Shown here piece by piece: positions 36,227 to 48,842 of a stretch of 64,000 nucleotides of DNA. A model generated the notes under the pieces. The model was not told the DNA's origin. It saw only the letters and a program-made list of their open reading frames with translations, and ran no database searches. The position numbers and the translations under genes are program-made. Origin of the DNA: Leptogorgia sarmentosa (taxonomy: Eukaryota). How positions within the stretch are numbered: the stretch's first letter is position 1; each line of letters opens with the position of its first letter. The stretch lies in the NCBI GenBank assembly GCA_964658305.1, contig OZ210885.1:1798001-1862000 (forward strand). The letters run 5' to 3'.

Positions 36227-39200
36227 CACTTCCGCTAACTTTCTGTTGAAAAAACGAAATATGCGTCGTGCATTATGTCTTTTATACAACAAATGTTAGA
36301 ACCGCAAAATTCAAGAAATCGGCAGTTATGAGAGCAAATCTTTAACAAAAGGTTATGATATGCCGTAAAAGGACTGGGGGATTAGATTAACTTAACTAAT
36401 CGGATAATTCTGTATCCGTGTGTATTTGAATTAATAGGAGAAATCCTATCTACTCGAATACTTAAACTGGAAAACAAAGTGTACAAGATCAGGAAATTGA
36501 CAGAAAATTAATTCAAAATATCTGCCGATGTCCACTTTTTTGTGCCAAGAATTGGCTTCTTCCCTTTTTATCTTGACAGACTAAGTGAAAAGGTCGAATT
36601 TGAAGGATAATTATTTGAACTTAGGTTAGAAGTGTTTTAGCCAGTTTTGATGCCGCTTTGAGCAATTTTCAGTCGGCGCTTGTTACAGAAAAAGGCAAAT
36701 TGGCTCAGTAACCGGACGACTACAAAATATTCGATTCAAAGCAGGCTTTGCGAGCTGTGATGAATTGGAACGAGTTCTCTGACGATGATCAAAAGACAAG
36801 GAAAGCTCAAGACAAGGGAATATTAAATCTTGCAAATGATCTCTAGCAAAAACGGCTCTTCCAGTGTTAGATAAATAGGTCCACCATCTTTATTCTTGGG
36901 ATCATTATTATAATACCCACCTCCTACAGGGACAGTAACAAACGCTATACACTATAAGGAGATCCGTGCTCAGGCTATTTCATGATCAACCCACGCAATA
37001 TAAAGTTTAGCAATTATGCAAAACGGATGCTGATCACTATTAATTGTAAATAGTACCCTCAACAAGGAAACTGAACGTCCGGTTTGTCTGGCTAAATTTA
37101 TGTGCAGAACATCGACTATAGTTGTGTACAAGTGATAATTTAACTTCTTTTTAGGTAAAGGTCGTTTTTATGACGCGTTTTATCTTCTCAATAGTACATT
37201 TGTGTACTACAGTAAATTTTAATTTTTCTAAAAGCGATCGACTTCATGTATTTGTGTACACTGTACATATATATATATATATATACGTATTTGACAATTT
37301 TGTTTGCTTTGGACTTTGGCCGGATATTGTATCCTGTGGATATCAGGCTATCAGCAGATTCTTAACGGATTTCATTGTGGTTAAAAAGGTATGTACGAAG
37401 CAAAAGAAACTCATTGCTCTACATCAAATCCGCACGGCGCACGTGTTACTTTCGGCCAACTTATCACACTATAGTCTATAATTATATTATAATGATTTTG
37501 ATCATAAAAATTTGAGAAGCTTTGCATATTTAAGGCTTTGTATAAACACAAGTACAAATAAACGGCGCCCTACAGCATAAAGAAACAGCTTTTGTTGGGT
37601 ATATAAAAATTGAATAACATTGAATTCTGGTCTATCTTGTAGGTAGTGGGTATGCCTTCGCTTCCCAGTCGATCGATGAATGACAAAATAGCCATAACTG
37701 CACTGCATTTGTGGGTAGAATTGTAACAAAATTGTCCCCGTTGCGCGTGACCTGCTGACCTGCTGAATATACTGAATGATTATTTCTCAAAGGAACTAAT
37801 CTTTGGTTTAAACGTACCCTAAAGCAGCAACAGTAAGTGAATTTACACAAAACACTCCAAATAGCTTGAGCGTTTTGCACTGAGCTGACTGGCGGTGAGC
37901 ATGAGACGGAGAAAATGAAATTAATATCATGACTAGCTATTGACGACGGTGTACTGGACTACACTTATGGAATACAATTTGATTGAGAACAATGACCGCT
38001 TTCTGGATAGATTAGCAACTAAAATTTAAATATTATAAATAGTATTGACCCAAACCACCATTCTAACCTTCACTCTATTTCGGTTGCTCATTTTGAAAAA
38101 AGGGCCGCGTGTATTTCACCGTTGTTGAAGAACAGCGCTCGTTGGCGTCGAAGGCTATTATTGCCAACCCCTGACTTCAAATTGGTTATAATTTTTTTAT
38201 TCTCCTGTGATAATCCTTACTATATTCAGCTTACCTTTTAGCCAAGTTGACGGTTTTCAGAAATATTCTACATTTCAAACACGTCTCAATAATATACGTC
38301 TTCAGGTCAGAATGAGAAAACGAAACAAAATTTTCTGTGATAATACTAGGAAATTCAATTCTTGGAATCAGGCACGTTGTCAACTGTCAAGCTCCCAAAA
38401 TATCCCGAGGTTTCCCCCAAAATCCCCACTTTTCGTTCTCAGGCTTTCGGCCTAACGGCAAAAAAATTAAAACCCGCAGTTCGATCGAAGCTTGTCCACC
38501 CTAATTTATTAGTCGATTATACGTTTTTAAGTCGATTTCGTGTTGAGTACTTTGGTCTTCGGGTTCTCAAAAACCCCAAGAATGTTGATTAAAATGAATT
38601 TACCAATTAATATTGATTTTAATCCTGCCACCATTTTGGTGTTTCAAGTGCACATCAAGATTTGTTGCACTAAATTTGTTCGCTATTTCCATCATCAGAT
38701 CGAGAGAGGCAGGGGTCGATCTGCTCGACTTTGGAAGATTCGTAGCAGAAGAATGTTTGAATATGGGCTATCTTGAGCGAAAATATAGTCATTATATTCT
38801 GGACTGCGAGATCATTTCAGCGACATTATAAGCAGTGGGTTTAAGGAATAATAATGCTTTCTACATTGAAAGAAAAAATGAAGGAATTGGTCGCTATTGA
38901 TATGTGATAAGCGAAATAGCTATAACTATTAGCTACTGTAGGAATTCCCGACACTTGAATCACTAATGATACCGACTTGAAAATAACCTTATATCGGCTG
39001 TCCTAAGTATATAAGCCTACTGTAAGATTATCCTTTCTGTATAGACTGTCGCCCAAGTCTGGATTGTGAATCACTAACTTCCCCAGTTTTCCAAGCGCTC
39101 GTTTCATAAAAACGTGACATCATCAAGACATCAACATGTTTGATAGGAGCAGTCTTGCATACTAAAGACGTGCTTACAGAAAGAACTAATCTGACAATCA

Positions 39201-42200
39201 ACAATCATGATTCTGACTTAAACCCCGCAAGTCTCGATTGTGAGTCACTAACTTCCCCTGTTTTCCAAGCACTTTTATAAAAACGTGTAATGTTAATATA
39301 CATTTGATCGGAGAAGACGTGCTCACCAATTTTAATTTATTCAACGTTAGAATGAAGCGAGAATATTTTAGCGCATAACTGACTGAATACAGAATGTGCA
39401 CACAACGTATTGAATGAACTTGTCCACTAAAACTATAGGCACGAAGCCCCGGAACTATAAGAGAAATTAACTTACTGACAAAAAGGTTTTCTAGTAAACA
39501 ATGATTTTGTGTGCATTAAGTGTTTTGATGGTTCATTAAAAGTTCTTTGAGGTGAAAAATCTTTGTTCATACAGCACAAGTGTTTTAACAAGAAGCTTTA
39601 ACAGTATACCGAGATAATGTGACAAACTGCATGACTACAAAATTTATCTTGAGCAACTATTCAGCTTTTCAAACGGTGATGAAGCTAAACGTTTGCATTA
39701 ACAATGCGAAAAGGATTAATTTCCAATTCTATCACTAAACAACCGAACATAACCGTAATCCTAATCCTGCTGATTATCCGTTTTTAGGACAAAGTTATAA
39801 TTATGCACTATATGGAATATGACCTGAGTGATCTTTAAACAAAAACGGGTTCAGTATGTCATAAATGGAACAGAGAAGGGCTGAGAAAACGACGGCCGCA
39901 AGTTGTGGATGGTATTTTCGAATAAGACAATAAATTATTGTTCAAGGTTTCTATGTCTTCCTAATCGTCTATCCCTTCTAAAGTAACGAAGTAACCAGTC
40001 CTCCCTCGTGTGTAACGCGGTTAGAATTCATCTACGAAGACACGATGACCCTTCACAATAATAATTATCCTTTTCACATTTTTAGTGCGGTTTCAGCTCA
40101 ATATTCTCATCCTGTATATCAATAATAAATAAAAGGGACAAACAGACTTGGTAAATTATTCACTACAGATGGTCGGGTTTTTGCTGGATCGTGGATTATG
40201 TTTCGTGCACTTTGAAATTTACTGTAGAGGAATTAATTATCTTCCGACATGGAGAGCAAAATTGGATTATTATAAATTTGAGATTTTATGGCCTTTTAAA
40301 GAGCTTTAGTTATTTGACTTCTGATTCAACATTTGCCGTTTGCATTGCATAAGAGAACAGTTTAATTTGGGGCTCTTATCATGAAATACTTAATTGGCTC
40401 TCCGTATTTACTATTATTGTGTTCAAATTATCCCGTTCGGACGTTATGAAATAAATTGAGTACATGCAGTATGAAACGGGCATATAGGCAATAGGCAAAG
40501 TATTATAAAATCAACGAATTCTCCCCCCCCCCTCCGGAAATTTTTTTATCTTTAGTCTAGATTCTTCGTAGCCACACTTAATTCTCTCTCTTCGTACGTT
40601 ATGTTTTGACATATTTTGGCTGAAATAGGATGTCCGAATTGAAAAACCTACGTCCTTTCGATGAAGTGGTTTGAAGTGTGTTCAGAAATAGCAGCCATGT
40701 TATAATTTAACTTGGAATACTGCGCGAGCGACATGAGTTATTGCACTTTTTTTCGCTAATTCTATTCTGATGACGACTGTAGTTGCGTACAGATCATGCA
40801 ATATTATTCATATACAGGAAGTGGAACAATGGCGCAAAAAAGGTTCACGCATTTGATGTTTTACAGCAGAAATTTGTATAAAAGTTATAAATAAAAGTTA
40901 CGCGGCTGCATACAAAAAGGCCTAACTTAATAAGTCTGCTATGTCACATTAAGCGGATCTTAAGATCTTCGTGCTCCTAGACTTAGTCTAGCTATTAGTG
41001 GAGATATTGTAGTTTTAAATAAAGAGGCTTTATCGCGATTCCTTAATTTTGTTGGAAAGAAAGAGATTTTATTCAAATTGCAATACTTGCTAAGATGAAA
41101 GCCTGCTGCAATGGGAAGACTAAATTGCCAACTAGTGGACGCAAATTCATAAAAATCGTTGTCATTCGCTTTGGCAAAAAACGTTCCAAACAATTCCCTC
41201 ATGTTTCTTCGATTTTGCCGTTATGTTCATATACCCATACCTGAAGTAGCTATATATTCACGTATATCACGCTAATGAAATCATTGAAAGCCATGAACAT
41301 TATCAAAATCAACTTGATTGAAGTTTATAGCAGAGGATGCAAAAGGATCATATTGTTAATAATAATGCATATAGAATTTTCACCATGATTGCAACGACAA
41401 CCTTTGGCAAAAATCTTGCAGAAAGCCTGTGCGTGGAAGACAAATACCTAAAAGTAGACTGCCTAACTGCGATGGACATTTTAATTCCGGCGTGTCTGAG
41501 AGCTAGGGATATGTAGTTTACCTCGATGGTTTTCTTTTGTAGCAACAGAAAGCAAAACAGTCAATAAAATTAATGTTAACAAGATGTATAATTTACGAAA
41601 AATAGTGGAAGATTGAAAGATAGAAAATTAGTTTAGCTCTCCTAAGTTGAACTACCAAGGAAAATTATTAAACGCTTAACTCTTCCGCCAAATAAAACCT
41701 AATCAAATTATGGATTATTGTTCACTCATTACAGTTGTAGATCTAGTTATGTAGAGAAATATTTTCATATTTTTCGTAGCGCTTATGTACAAATTTCGGA
41801 ACCACGATGGCTTCGAAATTACCAGAATAATTCCTGAACTTTTTCGCCAGCCCTGAACGGTCGCATATTATTTTGTAGAGTAGATTTAGCACTTATACAG
41901 AGTCCTTGTTTGAAACACAGTCGCATTGTGCAGAATATCTGGCTTGCACGTCGTGGTACTTTATGCTGTCTTCAAGTTTCAATACAAGGACAGGATGTTC
42001 GTTCGTATGTACTTGATGAAGAACTAGGTTTTAGACAAAAAATGACTTTTATTTGTTCTTTATGAATAGTATGTGTGATTCTGCATGTTCGCTAATGCAC
42101 TCAGTAACTGTCAAGAATCGACGGAAATAACCGGTGCATGTAGTTTAGCACGCCATATTCAAAAACGTTCACAGAGAGCTTTAGGTGTGTGTCAAGAAAT

Positions 42201-42218
42201 ATGCATGATCTCAGTTGA

Positions 42219-42330
42219 TATAAAAGTAGCTGCTAGTGACAGGAGGTATGCAGTTCTGTTTGAAAGTTTGTTCCAGTTGGAAGATACTTCATATTGGACT
42301 GAGAGACAATATTTCTGTCTGAAAGGTTGG
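42219..42330 (+). promoter_or_regulatory. Putative TATA box and non-coding first exon of lectin/VWD gene 1
   Basis: TATAAAAGTAGCTG at 42219, conserved as CATAAAAGTAGCTG at 54244 in the paralog. Both are followed ~100 bp later by AAGGTTGGTA (donor-like), and both ATGs sit 8 nt after an acceptor. Confidence 0.5.
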
Positions 42331-42628
42331 TATAACATGCAAGCTTTTGTAGTTAGATATCTTGCAGTTAGGTTTGATCAGATTGCGTTTTTTAGGTTTT
42401 TTCATTTCGATTTTGATGTCATATCGTTGTGTATTTGGATTTAGATAATTCAAGGTTTTGGGCTTTTGATTTTTAGCTTAATATATATTTAAAAGCCAGT
42501 GCTGTCTGGGTAAATTTGTTTCGGTCTTGTTTTAAGAAAAAAGCGTAGAGCTATACAGTAGCTCTTCAGTCCATAATAATTTATTTTACTTCTATAATTA
42601 TTCACTTGTGATTCTTTTAGACAACAAG

Positions 42629-45600
42629 ATGTTGAAATTTCACATTCTTCTGGTTGTTTCGGTTGTTTTGCCAAGTAGACTTGATGGTAAGTGTAAATTA
42701 CTACAGGCGTACATTTCGCTCAATCGATTAGCAGTTTCGCAATTGACAACCCGCAAACCACCCGCGGTTCGTTTGGAGAGACAACACAATGTAGGAAGGA
42801 ACTTTTAAGATTCATTTGAAGAATAAGATATTAAAGATATCTTATTATTGCACATCCATGAGTATAGAGAATTACGGGCAGTGGAGCCGTGAAGTAAAAT
42901 TCCTATCTTATATCGCACTCACGATTATTTGGTACATGATAGTGGAAGTCGTATCAACGTTTTGATTGCTTGACATTTTCTTGCCTGCAGAAGTTTTATT
43001 ATCGCCTGTTTGCAGGCTGAATGAAAGACGGGAAGTACAATGTCTGTACTGCTACACGTTATGCACAGGGTTCTCTTATAGCAAGCGAATTGTGTGACCA
43101 TAAGCAAACAAATAAACATTTTGTTAATGTTTTTTAGCTGCTTGTCCCAATGAGTGGAAAGAATACGAAGATATTTGCTATAAAAGGTTTCCAGCAAATT
43201 CTTGGAGGAACGCCAAAAAAGCATGTGAGGCTATTGAGGCTAAACTGGCTGAGCCAATAGGGGATGAGCAAAACAAATTTCTGAATGACACGTTTGAGGG
43301 AAATGATTGGCTAGGTTACACTCGATGTCATAGAAACAGCACGTGTCGTCTGGATTTCTCTAATGCCGCGTGGACCAACTGGGCGGCTGGTCAACCAGAC
43401 AAGTCACCGCAATATCCCCCGGGACAAAGAAACAAGGACTTCGCAGTTGTGATCCGAGGAGATGGAAAATGGATAGATCAACCAAAGCAGGAAAAACGTC
43501 GTTATATTTGCGAAAAACCAGGTAAAGCTGGATTTCTGGGGTGGGGGGTTGGGCGGGGGGGTTGCTTCAGCCCCCCTAAATATTTTTTGATTGAAAAAAA
43601 TGTTTTTAGAACACTAAAAAGCTTAAAAGGAAAACATTCTAATAAACGATCGGCAAAGACTCGCAAAAGGAAGCAATTTAAGGCCTAGATTAAAGGCCAA
43701 CCCTCACATTTTATCTATTTGAAAATGTAGACATGTAAAGGACAGGTAAAGGTGGAAGCAAGACGTGAACGATAATTTGGGGGTTGAATATTCAAGTACA
43801 CACATGTGACGACAACTGATTTCAAATGGTAGTTCCATTACACCAGTTTCGTCGGTGTTTAGATTATGCTTTCGCCAATTTGGAAAAATCATTAGTTGTA
43901 CTGCAGTGTACTCGTCTATGCCAATCAGCATCTAGGAATCTTATTTATGGTAATTTTAATAGAAACATTCTTTTTTCCCAGAGGACCTATGTTTTGGCAA
44001 CTTTTGTAACCCAAAAGGAAGTACTTGTGTTGATGGAAAATGTGTGTGCAAGCCTCCGCATTATGGTGAATATTGTTATGGTAAGTTCTGTTTTGTATTT
44101 CATAACATTGCATGGATAGGCTTACTGGAAAAATTAAAAAGTATTAATGTTTGAATGACAGGTCCATCGTTTTGTTATCTATACATAATTCATATACCAA
44201 AACAATATACACATAATAAACGGCCGATTTTTACGATCGGCAAGTCAAGTAAATGTTTTATCATTCAGTTTGCTTCAACTTTTTTCCCTCCATGTATATT
44301 ATGCGTCCTTTGCAAAAATTCAAAGATGTTTAATGTTTGGAATAACTAAAACAAGTTTTTGAAATGAGTGTGTTTATGTTTCAGGTCTGCCTTGTGATAA
44401 AAAACCTTGTGAAAACGGGGGAACATGTAAAAATGTACCGGAAGGCTACACGTGTACATGTATCAATCATTACGCAGGGAAAAACTGTTCAGGTAAATAA
44501 TTATTCATTGTCTTTTTCATTCAAATTAATCTACACAATTTACATTGTGTAGATTAATCGAGTAGAGCTAATATGAGTAAAAATTAATATCAAAAATTAC
44601 AGATTTTTGTCCACGATTGATCAAAGAACAATTAATGTCAACTTTTTCTGTCAAGTCATGTCCCTTAAACTGTGGTTTTGTACTATAATTAATTTATATA
44701 ATTAATGCACTATAACATACATACTGGCCATGTAAGTTAGCAAACTTCAAAATGTGACATAAAGGTAGGTCCCGGATAAACGTTCTATTCACTACCGATA
44801 CAATAAGATTGGGCGTTTCGACCAAAACGCCTCTTCCCGAGGAAGGGTCGTAGTGAGCAATTCAAACTTTTTCTTCCTTTTGGTATTCTAATTCTACTAT
44901 TCCATTGTGCCGCAATGGTAATGCAACAAGCAAGCATATCGTATTCACTAGAAATAAGTAAACAAACAAGCAAGGCTCCAAAATATAATATACATATTTT
45001 TTCACCTATTCAGATGTCTCTTCACAATATGATAACTATAGATTATTTTTCAACGAAAAATGTTGGTATACGTGTTTGAAAAATCAAAACGTTACAAAAA
45101 ATGTTTATATACACCATAGAAATTGTAGTATCTTTTTTCATTACTTTCAGAACCACCTCCATGTAAGATTAATGATCCCTGCATAAATGGTGTTTGTGAA
45201 GACATCAGCAACGTTCAGTACAAATGCAAATGCAACATGGGCTGGATTGGAACTACTTGTGCAGGTATTTTTTAAATACTAATGCTTTGGTCTTCAAATT
45301 CATGAATGTAATAATATAATAATGGTTTCACAAATTATTAGGCAAGGGGGGGGGGGGGATGTTATTTGGATAAAATGGTCGATCCTAAAGAAATACCAAA
45401 AATTGGATATTGTTTTTTCCAGAACGACCATGTGATCGCAACCCTTGTCCCAAAGCAAAGAAATGCGTTAACAAAGGATTTACACACGAGTGCGTTTGTG
45501 AGCGAGGCTGGACGGGCAATAACTGTGAAAAAGGTAAGAAATCTCGTTTAAATTTAATTTTTCGAATAAAAACCAACCCAAACTATTTACCCTCCCAAAC

Positions 45601-48600
45601 CCCCGCCCCCGCAAAATTATCACAAAATGGATTGGTAATGAGCGTCAACATGCATTATGCATTTTCACGTTATAATTTCGAGTCTTTTACTTAGTGTAGC
45701 TGGAACTACAAGCTAATATTTTGAGATTATTGATGACAATATATTTTTCGACAGAGGGAGTGACTAATGGTGATCCTCACTACAGAACATTTGATGGTAG
45801 ACATTACAACTTCCAGGGCAAGTGTGAATATATTTTCGCCAAAGATTGTAGCGAAGATCATGCTTTTGAAGTTCTTCAACAGAATGAAGCTTGTGCCAGG
45901 CCCGGTAGCTGCACTAAATCTCTGAAAATTATCACCCAACAAATGGAGATTAGAATGGAGAGAGGGGGAATCGTTTATGTCGACGGAATTCGCGTTCCTC
46001 TTCCCTGGAGAGCTTCGACACCTACAACACCTTCGAATCTGGAAGTAAGGGAAGCTAAACCTCAGACAACAGGTAATCTTAACCAGAAATTTGAATTATT
46101 AGCAATTTTATTCTCGCCCAATTCCTTTTACAATAATGTAGACTGTATTTAGCAAACGTATTACAAACTTAATACAGGGTGAAAGTCCTCACAGTTGTAA
46201 TAATTATATCAATGATGTCATAAAACTACCAAGCCAGAAACGACTGCTACACTGAGGCGAATCGCAACATGCTCAAAATCGTGTATTCCAACACTGGCTG
46301 CCCGTAAAGCCGAATCAGCCAACGTTCCAAACGCTGGTCGTTGATTTCGGCGAACTTTTCCTAAAAATATAAGGTTCATTTAATTCAAACACGGCATTCT
46401 GAAGAAATCATATCTCCGAAAGAAAGGGAAAGCAGTTTCCAGGCTTTAATCAACAAAGTACCGGTCGCGCCACTTCCAGTGTGATATGAATAATAATTTT
46501 CTACACAGCACTGTGAGATTTGGGTGTCTCTTTTTCTTTGTCTATGTGAAAACGTATTAGCAATTAATTATTAATTATTAATTATTATGAAGCATATAAA
46601 TTCTATGAATAAGTTTTTGCAAATAAACTGCTATTGCTATAATCAATAAATCAAAGGGCACCTGAAAAATTCAATAGAGAGTTGGGCTGCATGGACCAAT
46701 CAGATTGCAAGAAGTGTTATAGCCACACAATTGATACTAATGTATATACTACTTCAGGTGAGGTAACTACAATTACTGGCCACGGAAATGGTGCTTTTCT
46801 GCAAGTTCCTGCTCTCTTGTTTTCTGTCCGTTGGAATGGCTACATGGATGTGAATGTAAAAATTAACCAACGTTATAGAAACAAGACCTGCGGTTTGTTG
46901 GGAAATGCTGATAGCAATGTAAACAACGATTACCGACTGCGGGACGGGACTGTTACTCAAAATGTTGCAGAGTTTGGAAACAGCTGGAAGACGAATCCTC
47001 ATTGCGTGAATGGCAAAATTCCACCAGATCCATGCACGATGCTCAGCAGACAAGAATACATTAAGATCCAACAAAAGTGTGCCAGAATGAGGCAGCCACC
47101 ATTTAGCCAATGCAATGAAAGAGTCAATTCAGATAATGGTCATATTACTGACTGTGAATACGACGTATGTGCTATGCATGATTCTAACCCATCTGGAGCC
47201 TGGTGCCAAGCTATGGAAACGTACGACGAGGCTTGTACTGCGTTGGGAGTCAAAGTTGACTGGGAAGGAAAACCCGGGTTTGAAGAATGTGGTAAGAAGT
47301 GCATCATAAACATTCCATTATAGGTTGCATTCACAGTAAATGCGAGAAAATTTTCTTTAGTAGAATTATACTAGTATTGAATTGCAAATACTGCAATTTG
47401 AGTAGCTTCTCAACTCGCTATCTATTTCTCCATGTTACCGAGAATCAAAGTTTCTTTTAATGAAAACTAATGTCCTTTTGCATGTTTTTTTTTATTTTCT
47501 GTTTAATCTCTGCTGCTGGATTATTTGATTTGGACGAGGTGTATATTTATCAGACAAATTCGTACAAAATACCTGACTGGAAATTATCCGCCTAGTGATT
47601 TGAAGCTGTTAAGCAATTGAAGCATGCGATCTTAGTCACTTCGTATTGTTAACTTCCTTATTTCTAGGAAATCCATGTGCCAATATTCCTTGCTTTAATG
47701 GTGCCATATGTAGGAATACGAACAGAACAGCATACGTATGTGATTGTCCCACAGGATTCAGTGGTCCTACCTGTCAAAATGTTGGTTAGTATATAATTTA
47801 AATTACATTACATCTTATTTTGAGGACAACTATTATATTTCATATCATTTTGGTGGGCAATTGTGGGTGTTGTGGGAATTACCATATAACGGTTCAGTGG
47901 TGCTTTTATATCCATGCCGGTGAGAAATGTAGGAAATTTTCAGGAAGTATATGGTAGCTGAAGGACATCATAGCTACAAAAAAATTCCAAAAAGCAACTA
48001 AAATGCAATAACGTTGTATTTTTTCTGTAATTTAAACTGCCATGCTTGGTAATATGTCAATTGTCTTCTTTCAATCCCCTTCATCAATTTTAGAAACCAA
48101 TCATAGGTAGTGACAGGTATTAATTTTTATCTTGCTATTTGTAGACTGCAGGCCTGGATATACTGGCCGTGGTAACCTTTGCTACAAGTTAATGGGTAGA
48201 CGACCTTGGCCTGTTGCAAAATGCCGACAAGGAGATCAATTCGTGTCTGCAGAAGACGAAGATGAAAATAGATTCATATACGAGAAATTTGTGGAACCAT
48301 CCAGAAAGTCATTGTGGATGCACGCCCGTGTTTGTGCAGGAGGGAAGCTTTGTCATCAGGATTACGGCCCCGTGTTCTACAACAACATCGATGGTGATCT
48401 GCCAAAGACGGGATGTGTCCAAATGCCTTTCGGGAAAGGGATGAAATGGTTCGTGAAGAATTGCAGAGCCGCTGCGGCCTATGTTTGCAAATACGGTGAG
48501 TGGTTTTAAGTGTCGATTCGTGCATTCTAGTTTTACATATAGTTATAGCCCCCCCCCCCCCCCCGAAAATGTTTGGGAAATACACGTTTTATCACATCAT

Positions 48601-48842
48601 TTAGGCCTTGTTGGACTTTTCAGCTGCCCAAAATCTACGAGCTGAACTAAGTTCTTTGTTCAGATTTGGTTGGTCTGATCCAAACACGAGTTTCGACGAA
48701 TCAGAGCACGCGTTATATACATGTTATTTCATAATAAACATTCCCTTTTAATGAATTATACAGGCATACACCGAAATAATTTTATAATGGCCAATATAAA
48801 AATACTTAAAGAACTGTTTATCTTTTTGCAGAAAAGTTTTGA
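42629..48842 (+). CDS. Secreted C-type lectin - 4xEGF - VWD/C8 - EGF - C-type lectin protein, paralog 1 (about 734 aa)
   Basis: Exons 42629-42686, 43138-43521, 43982-44080, 44385-44492, 45151-45264, 45423-45533, 45755-46072, 46758-47291, 47668-47784, 48145-48495, 48832-48842, all with phase-1 GT-AG introns. Signal peptide; WLG and [31 protein letters not shown]. Confidence 0.88.

Noticed and set aside
38940..38949. kappaB-like site AGGAATTCCC upstream of the RdRP gene
   Set aside because: A single short match is expected by chance and has no supporting conservation in the window.
36300..42000. Short 60-100 aa ORFs in the intergenic region
   Set aside because: No motifs and no consistent splice pattern, as expected by chance in AT-rich DNA.
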